From IMG/VR virus record IMGVR_UViG_3300030493_000012: 64,000 bases of DNA; one strand, 5' to 3'. The notes beneath the pieces were generated by a model, which did no database searches, had not been told where the DNA came from, and saw only the letters and a list, made by a program, of their open reading frames with translations. A program made the position numbers and the translations under genes. Source of the DNA: a virus. Positions 55,265 to 64,000 of this stretch are shown here, piece after piece (position 1 is the first letter of the stretch; the number at the start of each line of letters is the position of its first letter).

Positions 55265-58200
55265 AAGATATATTTTTCAAGGTTCTGAGGAAGTTCCAGA
55301 AGGAGCCATTAATGAAGTTGATGAGCGAGGTCAACAGTTGCCAAGCGGCGCTCTTTCTTCTACTGATATTGAGGTTTTGGATTTAATTTCAGAAGGGCCG
55401 ATTGCTGGATTAGTAAGCGGCGAATACAAATTCTCTGGAATTGCTGGCGAAGTTGGCTATAGAACAGCAACTTTTACCGCTTATTCTGATGCTCCAAATT
55501 TGGAAGGAGTTAACTTTCTGCGCTCAGTTTATTGGAATGAAGTGCCAGTCATTAATTCAGCTAATAAATTTAATTTCCAAAGAGTTGATGTTTCTTATAC
55601 TCACGGAATTGCAAATGGCTCTTATGTCAATCAGCAGCAACCAGAATTAACAGTCAGCCGAACAATTTCAGAGCGCCTTTTCGGAACAGAGCTAAATGCA
55701 TCCGGCGAATCATCTTTAAGTACCGATTATACTAAATATTATAGAATCTTAAACAAAGACTGCAAAGGCGCAATCATTAATATTAAAGTTGGCAGGCTGG
55801 CGGCGACAAATACAGATTCCGGCGAAATGGAAAGAGCGGCAATTGAATATCGTGTCTATTATAAGCCAATTTTTACCTACAATACCTCGTTTTCGACTAA
55901 TTATATTCTTGGTAAAGTAGATAAAATAGAGGGCAAAATCAACTATGGATTCGTAAAATCAACCAGAGTTGACTTTTTCGTGCCAAATGACATGCCTTTT
56001 GATTTTATTGGCTGGGAAATTAAGCTTGTTCGTGTTACACCCGATTCATTGTCAAGCATGTTGGCCAACCAAACAACGGTTGATTCTTTGACTGAAATCT
56101 ACGCTGACAAATTTTTATATCCAAACTCTGCAATAGTAAGGTCAAGATTTAATGCTCAGTTTTTCGCGCAAGTTCCGGCTAGAGCGTTTGACGCTAAATT
56201 AAGAAAAGTCCAAATTCCAAGCAATTACGAGCCAATAACCAAAACATATATTGAAGGCGAGCAAGGTTGGGATGGAACTTTTGCAGAAAGCGAACAATGG
56301 ACAGATAATCCAGCTTGGTGTTATCAAGATTTAGTCAAAAACCCTCGATACGGTCTTTCTAAATTCATTCCAAATTTAACTATTGACAAATGGAGCCTTT
56401 ATGAAGTTGCAAAGTATTGCGACACATTGGTTTATGATGGATATGGCGGCTTGGAACCAAGATTTGCTTGCAATTTAATCATCAATACCAGAGAGGACGC
56501 CTATAAAGTCTTAAATGACATGGCCTCAATATTTCGTGGCATAACTTATTACTCACAAGGCACAGTTTTTGCGGTTCAAGACACAGAAAAAGAGCCGATT
56601 GTTTTGTTTAATAATTCAAATGTCGAAAATGGCGACTTTCATTATTCTTCTAGCGCCAAAAGAGCGCGACATACAGTTGCAATTGTCAGATACAATGACA
56701 AAACCAATTTTTTCAAGCCTGCTTTGGAATATGTAGAAGATTTAGATGGTATTCGGCGCTATGGTATTAAAGAGTTAGACATGACCGCTTTTGGATGCAC
56801 TAGTAAAGGCCAAGCTATTCGGTTAGGACGTTGGGCCTTGCTAACAGAAACGCTGGAAACCGAGACTTGTTCGTTTGTGGCTGGCCTTGAGGCTAATTAC
56901 CTAAGACCGGGCGATGTATTCAAAATCTTTGACCAAAATCGCAAAAATACAAGATTTGCAGGTAGATTATATTCAACCGATATTACTGGCGATGCTGGAG
57001 CTTTGACTTTAGATTGTGCGCTGCCATCTCTGAGCACAAATACCATTTATAAAATCGAACTGATGGCTCCAAGTTACAATTATGACCCCGTAACCACAAC
57101 AGACTTAACAAGTTCTGATGTTTCTGGAGTTCGCCACTCTTTACTTCAAACTGTTTATTTTACAGGTTATTCTACAGGACTACATTCTACATTAAATTCA
57201 ACAGTCAATATTCCTTATGGTTTAGATTTAGATAGTTTTAACTTTACAAAGCCAGATTCTGTGATTTGGAGCATTTCGCCATCTGGAACTTTAACAGAAG
57301 ACCAGTCTAGTCAATTTTCTAGTGATGATTATGACTTGTTCCGCTGCATTAACATCAAAGAAAATGAAGTTCATAAATACGAAATCACGGCTTTACAATA
57401 TTCTCCACAAAAGTATATTGAAATCGAATCTGGACTAAACTTTGAACGCAGTATTTCAACTTATAAAATCCAACCTGTTGCACCACAAGACTTAATAGTT
57501 TATCCACAGGCTGGAAGCGCAAATAAAGCCAGTTTAGAGTATTCCTTTACTGTGCCTAATTATGCTGGAATTAATAGTTTTAATGTTTATGTCAAAAAAG
57601 ATAATTGGGCCGATACGACTGTTCCAAGCGACAATTATTTAGCTGCGATTTTACCTTACAATGTTACCTCTGATACCTTTATTCCGGCTGAAACAGGCAA
57701 TTATTTCTTCAAAGTTTATTCTGTAAATAACGAAGCTAATATTTTGTCAAATAGCGCAGCTACAGGTTGGGTACGAGTTTCAGATATGTTTCCAGTCAAG
57801 GACATTATTATTAATTCTTTGAAATTGGAATCTGATATTGTGCCTAATTTACAAGGAACCAGATTAACAGGTGAATATTTTACTGACAGCCCAACTTTTA
57901 CATGGCAAGCTGGCACTAATAATGATAATTCATTACCTTCCTCTTTTAAATATAGAGTTAGCATTAGGCCGACTAATAATTCTAATGTACCATCTTCAAC
58001 TATTTTGTTCAGCAAAAATAATGTAGCGCCAGAATCTTCTTTGTTGAAATATACTTTTGACTTTGACGATAATAAAAACACAATTGGCGGGCCATATAGA
58101 GAATATGATGTTGTAGTTGAGGCTATTGATACTAATGGTTTGACTTCGGCTGGTAATTCTGTCAATTTAACAACTAATGTTGCAACTGAAATCTGGAATA

Positions 58201-58853
58201 CTGCCAGTTTGAACGCTAATGGTTATGATATTCTGAGTATTTTGAACAATAAACCAAGTGGTTTTTATCTATCACCAACTGGCAATGCCGTTAAATATGC
58301 AAATTATGCTACAAGACAATGGATTGATGGTAATGGTACAATTTTCGGCGCTTTTGTTAGTGGAAATATACCTACAGACATAGTTGGTGGCTTTGGATTT
58401 TATAGCACAGGTTTGATTACGGGATTAGAAGCAGTAACAGGCTCACCTTCTAATTATCAAATTTATACAGGCGAATTTTCTTATGATTCATTGTCACAAG
58501 CGTTTCAAATACCGCCAGCTAAGAATTTAGACCTAGAATCTTCATTGCAACTGGCTAAAACAGGTTATTTAGTGGTTAGTTTGTATGACTCTTTTGACGA
58601 AGAGGTTAAAGATGATTATTTAGCCACGCCAACAGGCAAATTGTATTTTCTAAGTGGTTTATACAGAACAAATCCCGGTCGTTTTAATTCAAAAAGCTAT
58701 GTTAGCACAATTAATGCTGGCGAACTAATGACAATTCACAATGCTGGCGACCAAACAGAATATGCTGGATTTAAGGTTATTAATAATGGCACAAATTGGA
58801 TATTAAAATCTGTTGATGAGGATGGCAACGAGTATATAATCGGAACTAAATAA
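55242..58853 (+). CDS. Host-specificity/central tail tip protein, lambda gpJ-like
   Basis: DLISEGPI.GL, WTDNPAW...D..KNPRYG, EPRF.CN, FGCTS.GQA.R.GRW.L.TE. Confidence 0.9.
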   Translation: MEPMDELKRYIFQGSEEVPEGAINEVDERGQQLPSGALSSTDIEVLDLISEGPIAGLVSGEYKFSGIAGEVGYRTATFTAYSDAPNLEGVNFLRSVYWNEVPVINSANKFNFQRVDVSYTHGIANGSYVNQQQPELTVSRTISERLFGTELNASGESSLSTDYTKYYRILNKDCKGAIINIKVGRLAATNTDSGEMERAAIEYRVYYKPIFTYNTSFSTNYILGKVDKIEGKINYGFVKSTRVDFFVPNDMPFDFIGWEIKLVRVTPDSLSSMLANQTTVDSLTEIYADKFLYPNSAIVRSRFNAQFFAQVPARAFDAKLRKVQIPSNYEPITKTYIEGEQGWDGTFAESEQWTDNPAWCYQDLVKNPRYGLSKFIPNLTIDKWSLYEVAKYCDTLVYDGYGGLEPRFACNLIINTREDAYKVLNDMASIFRGITYYSQGTVFAVQDTEKEPIVLFNNSNVENGDFHYSSSAKRARHTVAIVRYNDKTNFFKPALEYVEDLDGIRRYGIKELDMTAFGCTSKGQAIRLGRWALLTETLETETCSFVAGLEANYLRPGDVFKIFDQNRKNTRFAGRLYSTDITGDAGALTLDCALPSLSTNTIYKIELMAPSYNYDPVTTTDLTSSDVSGVRHSLLQTVYFTGYSTGLHSTLNSTVNIPYGLDLDSFNFTKPDSVIWSISPSGTLTEDQSSQFSSDDYDLFRCINIKENEVHKYEITALQYSPQKYIEIESGLNFERSISTYKIQPVAPQDLIVYPQAGSANKASLEYSFTVPNYAGINSFNVYVKKDNWADTTVPSDNYLAAILPYNVTSDTFIPAETGNYFFKVYSVNNEANILSNSAATGWVRVSDMFPVKDIIINSLKLESDIVPNLQGTRLTGEYFTDSPTFTWQAGTNNDNSLPSSFKYRVSIRPTNNSNVPSSTILFSKNNVAPESSLLKYTFDFDDNKNTIGGPYREYDVVVEAIDTNGLTSAGNSVNLTTNVATEIWNTASLNANGYDILSILNNKPSGFYLSPTGNAVKYANYATRQWIDGNGTIFGAFVSGNIPTDIVGGFGFYSTGLITGLEAVTGSPSNYQIYTGEFSYDSLSQAFQIPPAKNLDLESSLQLAKTGYLVVSLYDSFDEEVKDDYLATPTGKLYFLSGLYRTNPGRFNSKSYVSTINAGELMTIHNAGDQTEYAGFKVINNGTNWILKSVDEDGNEYIIGTK

Positions 58854-58854
58854 T

Positions 58855-59316
58855 ATGGTTACAAGATACGCAGGCGACAAATTTACAGCATTATCTTCTG
58901 ATACATTTCCAACAAATGTGGCTGATGGTGCGACTTTGCATACACTAGATACCTTCCAAATTTACACAAAACAAAGCAATGTTTGGAATTTGTCGGCGGC
59001 AACTGGATTAAATCAAATTTCTAGCGGCAATATTCTAGCCAAGGTTAATACCAATAACGAGGCTTTCAAGGTTGTTAGCGGCTCAAGTAACCTATTTACA
59101 ATTTCACCAGCCGGAAACGCTCAAATAACAGGACAAATGTTTGTTTCTGGTGATATTTCAACAAATACAAACGTTATAGCTCAATATTTTACAGCACAAG
59201 GCTCCCAAGGATTTGATGGTTCGATAGCTGTAATAACCAGCATTGATTTTGGAGCACAGACTTTCGGAACAAATACTCTTTATTTTAAAGGTGGTATTTG
59301 TTATAATATAACTTAA
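58855..59316 (+). CDS. Small tail-associated protein
   Basis: 153 aa, T/S/G/N-rich, directly after gpJ. Confidence 0.55.
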   Translation: MVTRYAGDKFTALSSDTFPTNVADGATLHTLDTFQIYTKQSNVWNLSAATGLNQISSGNILAKVNTNNEAFKVVSGSSNLFTISPAGNAQITGQMFVSGDISTNTNVIAQYFTAQGSQGFDGSIAVITSIDFGAQTFGTNTLYFKGGICYNIT

Positions 59317-62300
59317 TATCTCGGTGAAGTATTAGCCGAATAAAGCCTGCCACCGGGTCTTTGTTGTTCATTGATAACTCTCAAAGTCTGCTCTTTAATC
59401 ATCAAAGATAATTGTTTCAATTTCTCTGGCTCAATAGATTTGTCATTAGAACTTTGAGTTGTATCAGCGGTTGTAGTTCCATCGCTACTAGTTGTAATAT
59501 TAATACTGACGTTATTCTCAATAATTTGTTGTGGCGCGGCGGCTGTTTGAACCGGCTGAGCCGCTGGCATTGAGCCTCGAACTGGCGTTGTATATTCTGC
59601 TAAACCGCCATTCCGGTCAATTTGTTTCCGGTTTAGACGGTTAAGATAGTCTTGACCATAATAACTTGTCGCGTTGCTATTTAAAACATATTCACCCGGC
59701 GTTAGGATTGCTGGAACGCTATCTGTGCTATATTGGCTGACGCTACCGCCAGCAGCCCTAGTTACTGGAAAATAGCCTTGATTCATTTGAGTCTTTTCGT
59801 AACTATAACCGCCTTTAGCCTTATCGGCGCTTCCAATTGCCCCGCCTGCAATATTCATAAAAGCAGACATATAAGCGCCTGTCATTCTCTGTCTTTGAGT
59901 GCGCCGAAATTGAGCTAAAGCGTCTCTTTTTTGGCCTTCAAATTGATTAAATTCTCTCAAATAAGAATATAATCCAGCCTCGCGCTGTAATCTTATGGCA
60001 TTTTGAGGATTGTTTTCATCCAACAAAGCCATTGCTGACAAATTTGGGTCAACCAAGGCTTGTCCAGAAGTCGGCCTTGTGCCGTTGTAAACAAACTGAT
60101 TTTGGAGGCTAGAATAAGCCGTTTGGCTATTCATGTTCTCTAATAAACCACGATATTTGCTTGCTGAATTGCGGTTTACAACGAATTCGCCAGCACTTAA
60201 TAAAGCTGGAACGTCATCCATTGTACCAGACCCGCCATAAACAGAGCCGCCGCCAGCGAATTTCTTAATAAAACCGCCTCGCGCCTTTTTATTACCACTA
60301 AATAATTTGCCGATTGTGCCACCAAACAAAGAATCTGTACCTATATCTATTGTTTTAGATAGAATATTCTCAAAAATTGAAATTCCAAATTTTCGTGCTG
60401 CATCAGAAGCGTTTTCTGTGCCATCTACGAACGATTTAAAAGCGTCTTTGAAGGAAGATTTGATTGTGTCGGCGGTATCAACGGCCCCTTCTCGGATGCT
60501 TGTCCACATATCCTCTTTTCCAAATATAAACCTGCTTACAAAAGCGTCTTTAACCCCTCCCAAACCAAAACTTCCATTATTTTCACTTATCTTGATGGCG
60601 TCATTAATATCTAATTCCTGTCTAATTTTAGCGCCCGAACTACCTTTTAAAGCAATATCCAGCCTCTTTTTAGCTGCATCTCTTTCTAGCTCTATTGTCT
60701 TTTTAAGAACTTCTTCTTGAGTCCTTGCGCTTTCTTCGGCGCTGAGGATTCCTTTATCTCTTACAATAATTAAATTTATTTCCTGCCTTTGTAGCTCAAC
60801 AACTCTTGCTCTTGCTTCTTCTAATGCAACAATATATTTTTCAGCACCCGGCTCGTTTTTGTTGACCGTTGAGATTGTTGAGTCAATTAATTTTAACGCA
60901 GATTTAAGTTGTCCAGATTCGACTTGTGTTTGTAGCTGCGGAGCCAATTGGTTAAATTTACCCGCAAATTGAGCAGTGCCAGCGTTTCCGAAAAGAGATT
61001 TTCCTGCTCCAAAAATTCCAGCAGAAGCTTCGTTCCGAATTCCAAAAAGAGATTCTCCAAAACCTCTTTGAGCCGAATTTATTGCCGCTATTCTTGCTTC
61101 TCCTATATTTTGCAGTCCAGTTGATTGGCGCAAACCAAAGAAACTTGATGGCGAAATAAGTCCCTGAGCGTTTGAGAGCTTGGAATCACTGATTAATTTG
61201 TTTAAATCCAGATTTCGAGACTGACCCGCTTCGGCTTTTATATTACTTAGTCCTAGCTTGCCAATATCCGAGGCTGTTTTTAAGGATAAAGCGTTGATTT
61301 GTTTTGTAAAATCAGAAATTTGCTTTAAATTACCAATCTCAATTCTTGTTTGTGTTTGTAAAGATTGGACAATTCTTTTTACCTCTTCTGATTTAACCGC
61401 TATATCTTTTCCTTCGGCGCTTTTAATATCTATTTTTGTTTTTTCTAGCGCATTTAAGGCAGACTCTAGTTCATTGGCTTTTTGTAGATAAAATGCTGAC
61501 AAAGCCTCTCTTGTGGCTTCATTGGCTTGTACGAAATCTGTTCTTTTTGCCTCATCTCTAAGTTTTGACGCTAGACCTTCTACATCTTTAGGTGTCTTAA
61601 TTTTTAATCTATCAAACCTGCCTAATACGTTTGATGCGAAATCGGTGAATTGTCCAGTGTCTAGTGTATCAAATCGTTTTTGCTGAGTTGCTTCCTTGAG
61701 AAAAGAAGAAATTCCGCTAGTTTTTATCTCTTCTTTTATATTTCCGCCTCTTTTTAAAAGCTCGCCTTCGGCTTTTAATTCTTCTAATACAGCCTTTCGA
61801 CTGATTTCAGCGATTGCCAATCCGCCTCTTTGTCTTTCTACTTGCGTTGGCGTTAACGCGCCGATTCTACCTTGCAGTCCTATTTCACTAATTTTAGTGT
61901 TTAAGTTAAAACCTCTTTCTTGGTCTCTCAATCTACTGTCTATTGAAAAATTTCTATTAAAATTCTCAATATCAGATTGTCCTGCTTGGTTTATCAACAG
62001 AGCGGACAATGCCTTTCTGTTTTCGATTCCAAAATTTGTTGGTGTTTTAGCGCTCAGCTTTTCACCGGCCTCAGTTGTCCCTTTTACCAATTTATCAACC
62101 GCAATATTTAATTTCGTTACAAACTCAACAAACGCGCCCTCATCAATATCTTTGAACAAAACCTTGGCTGGGCCGCTTTCTAAAAAGCTTCTAAATTCAG
62201 TTAAATCTGTACTTGCTCCTTTAAAACCAAAAGTGTTTTTGAAGAATCCTTCAAATTGACCGCCGATATCCTCGCCGCGCTGGCCTTCTCTCAAAATTCT

Positions 62301-63998
62301 CCCTAGTTCTCGTCTTGCCTCTGGTGTTTCTTGTAAGAACTGAGAAAGAGATTGCTTTCCTTCTTTTCCGCCCCTTAAATCTAATAAACGACCAAATTGC
62401 GCTCTTGCTTCTTCTTGCTTACCCGGACGCAGCCTTAGCTCACCGCCTGCCAGCCTAGTAACGCCGGAAGAACCAAGCGGCGTCAGCGCTCTGGTTATTG
62501 TTCCAAGCGTGTTCCCCGGTAAATTTTGCACTCTTGTCGCGGCTTCACTGTCCGAAAGTCCCTGTTTCTTTAATTCGTCAAACTGTCGCCTTGAAGTTCC
62601 TATTCCTTGTGATAGAAAATCAGCTATTCTAACGCCTTTTCTGTCTCCGCTTTCAGCTAAAGATGTTCCCGCTTGAATAACGCCTAATTGAGCCGACTTG
62701 ACCTCCATTACGTCAACAATTATTTTATTAACCTGCTCTTTATCACCTTTTTCGAAAGCCTCTATTAATTGTTTTTTTACTGAGTCTGGAGTGTCTGACA
62801 AAATATTTCTTTGTTCAGCTTCCAATCTTCCTTTTTCAATAGTAGAACTAGAAACTCTTCCTTCATTTATATCGTCAAGACGGTTTTGGATAGAAGAAAA
62901 CCTTTGGAATGATTCTTGTAATCTTGCGGTTGAGTTTGTAACCTCTTCAAGTCTTTTTCTAAACTCTGGCAGTTTGTCCGTGATAGCATCAATAATCTTA
63001 ATTCCACCGGCTAAACCGCCGATAGCTGCAAATGCAGGTGTTTTTCCGAAAACCGCGCCTAAAGCAGAGAAAGAGACAACATCACCAGCGGCCTCAACTC
63101 CAGCTTTTCCAATCCTATTTTCTTGAGGAACAAACTGCCCCGCTGTTTGTAATATAATTGGCGCGGCGAAAGAAGTTGCCAAACCAACATTTTGCTGTCT
63201 CTGGCTTAATGCCGATGCGGCTTGTTGTGCGCCCGGTAATTTGTTTTGTAAAGAGGGATTTGACGCGATTATTTTCTGTGCCTTTTCAAGCCTTCTATTA
63301 CCCAGAAAAAGACCGCCAAAGCCGGTGCTTCCGCTAATTAGTTTATTAACTTGCGCTTCTTTAGCTTGCAAATCATAAAACTCTTTTGTTTTTTGTTCAA
63401 CCTCCAATTTTGCCGCCTGCTGCGAAGCCATTTTTTGTCTCAAATCAACCAAAGACTGTCTTCTTTCTAGCGCGGAAGAACCTTTTAAGTCTATCATTTG
63501 TGCGCCAGAGGTCAAAAAAGGAAGATTTCCCATGCTCGAACCAGCAAAAGAAGTAGAAGGCGCGTTTCTTAGTTGTTCAAAGTTTTTAGCAATATTTCCG
63601 AGCTTTGTTCTGACCGATTTCGCCGATTTGGAGGTCAAATCGAATTCTTTCGATAATTCCGCAGAAAATTTACCAACTTCTGACATTTTTATCGAACCAG
63701 ATTCTATTGCTTTTGTTAGTTTTTTGTATGCAGATTCGAATTTATTTTCATCGTTTAACCGCCTAACTCCATACATACCGGGTGGATTTTGCTCAAATAT
63801 AGGCATCGCTCCAGACGCTGCAAAATTTGGAATTAAACCACTGGCAACAAAATTATAAGGATTAAAACCATGAGCAGCCTGAAAACTTTTTTTATAATTA
63901 GTTCCGGCCTTGCTATGCAAAGGAGGAATGATTGCTGGCTGACTCATTCCAAAATCAACCACTTTTTCAGCTTTATTATAAGTGATATTTCCAACGCC
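59313..63998 (-). CDS. Tape measure protein, C-terminal part (frame open beyond window end)
   Basis: >1500 aa helical; A.GG....GT.D.VPA.L..GEFV.N motifs; C-terminal I..Q....I.EQQRPGG.L; no stop between 63962 and the window end. Confidence 0.85.
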   Translation of the reverse strand, partial: GVGNITYNKAEKVVDFGMSQPAIIPPLHSKAGTNYKKSFQAAHGFNPYNFVASGLIPNFAASGAMPIFEQNPPGMYGVRRLNDENKFESAYKKLTKAIESGSIKMSEVGKFSAELSKEFDLTSKSAKSVRTKLGNIAKNFEQLRNAPSTSFAGSSMGNLPFLTSGAQMIDLKGSSALERRQSLVDLRQKMASQQAAKLEVEQKTKEFYDLQAKEAQVNKLISGSTGFGGLFLGNRRLEKAQKIIASNPSLQNKLPGAQQAASALSQRQQNVGLATSFAAPIILQTAGQFVPQENRIGKAGVEAAGDVVSFSALGAVFGKTPAFAAIGGLAGGIKIIDAITDKLPEFRKRLEEVTNSTARLQESFQRFSSIQNRLDDINEGRVSSSTIEKGRLEAEQRNILSDTPDSVKKQLIEAFEKGDKEQVNKIIVDVMEVKSAQLGVIQAGTSLAESGDRKGVRIADFLSQGIGTSRRQFDELKKQGLSDSEAATRVQNLPGNTLGTITRALTPLGSSGVTRLAGGELRLRPGKQEEARAQFGRLLDLRGGKEGKQSLSQFLQETPEARRELGRILREGQRGEDIGGQFEGFFKNTFGFKGASTDLTEFRSFLESGPAKVLFKDIDEGAFVEFVTKLNIAVDKLVKGTTEAGEKLSAKTPTNFGIENRKALSALLINQAGQSDIENFNRNFSIDSRLRDQERGFNLNTKISEIGLQGRIGALTPTQVERQRGGLAIAEISRKAVLEELKAEGELLKRGGNIKEEIKTSGISSFLKEATQQKRFDTLDTGQFTDFASNVLGRFDRLKIKTPKDVEGLASKLRDEAKRTDFVQANEATREALSAFYLQKANELESALNALEKTKIDIKSAEGKDIAVKSEEVKRIVQSLQTQTRIEIGNLKQISDFTKQINALSLKTASDIGKLGLSNIKAEAGQSRNLDLNKLISDSKLSNAQGLISPSSFFGLRQSTGLQNIGEARIAAINSAQRGFGESLFGIRNEASAGIFGAGKSLFGNAGTAQFAGKFNQLAPQLQTQVESGQLKSALKLIDSTISTVNKNEPGAEKYIVALEEARARVVELQRQEINLIIVRDKGILSAEESARTQEEVLKKTIELERDAAKKRLDIALKGSSGAKIRQELDINDAIKISENNGSFGLGGVKDAFVSRFIFGKEDMWTSIREGAVDTADTIKSSFKDAFKSFVDGTENASDAARKFGISIFENILSKTIDIGTDSLFGGTIGKLFSGNKKARGGFIKKFAGGGSVYGGSGTMDDVPALLSAGEFVVNRNSASKYRGLLENMNSQTAYSSLQNQFVYNGTRPTSGQALVDPNLSAMALLDENNPQNAIRLQREAGLYSYLREFNQFEGQKRDALAQFRRTQRQRMTGAYMSAFMNIAGGAIGSADKAKGGYSYEKTQMNQGYFPVTRAAGGSVSQYSTDSVPAILTPGEYVLNSNATSYYGQDYLNRLNRKQIDRNGGLAEYTTPVRGSMPAAQPVQTAAAPQQIIENNVSINITTSSDGTTTADTTQSSNDKSIEPEKLKQLSLMIKEQTLRVINEQQRPGGRLYSANTSPRY

Positions 63999-64000
63999 TT

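Noticed and set aside
59600-60300. Repeated GG...D.VPA.L..GE(F/Y)V.N motifs in the tape measure gene as a novel repeat
   Set aside because: A familiar motif in phage tape measure C-termini; kept only as evidence for the call.
650-63858. Numerous antisense or alternate-frame ORFs in the track (e.g. 650-970, 23661-23957, 53128-53625, 61696-62259, 62698-63126)
   Set aside because: They lie wholly within well-supported genes and have no motifs or promoters; these are shadow ORFs.
1-64000. CRISPR array, tRNA genes, integrase/att sites, stop-codon reassignment
   Set aside because: No regularly spaced repeats, cloverleaf or recombinase seen by eye; genes tile fully in the standard code.

Overview
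AT-rich fragment of a large tailed dsDNA phage genome in the standard genetic code, densely coded with many overlapping stop/start junctions. No integrase, tRNA or CRISPR array was recognised. From left to right: (1) replication/recombination genes (DnaB N-terminus, DUF559-like nuclease, RecA-like protein); (2) a ~16 kb minus-strand glycan operon of about 21 genes (Gmd, a ColD-type His-for-Lys PLP enzyme, a cytidylyltransferase, a sugar nucleotidyltransferase fused to a CYTH domain, ~8 glycosyltransferase-like and 6 methyltransferase-like genes); (3) a membrane/lysis-like cluster; (4) a class II ribonucleotide reductase with a 139-aa mini-intein at the catalytic Cys; (5) a phage sigma factor, dNMP kinase, dCMP deaminase and MazG; (6) a ~560-nt ORF-free, heavily base-paired ncRNA candidate; (7) accessory genes; (8) a DNA polymerase III alpha encoded in three pieces, whose core is fractured by a naturally split intein with an antisense GIY-YIG endonuclease gene between the halves; (9) an SSB-like gene and more glycosyltransferases; (10) a lambda-like tail tip module (M, L, K, I, J) converging on the 3' part of the tape measure gene. 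Two promoter classes are readable by eye: sigma70-type TTGAC(A/T)-N17-TAnnnT promoters that mostly end 6-8 nt before an ATG (leaderless mRNAs), and a GTGTAAT motif in front of structural/membrane genes. All product calls come from motif recognition, not database searches.
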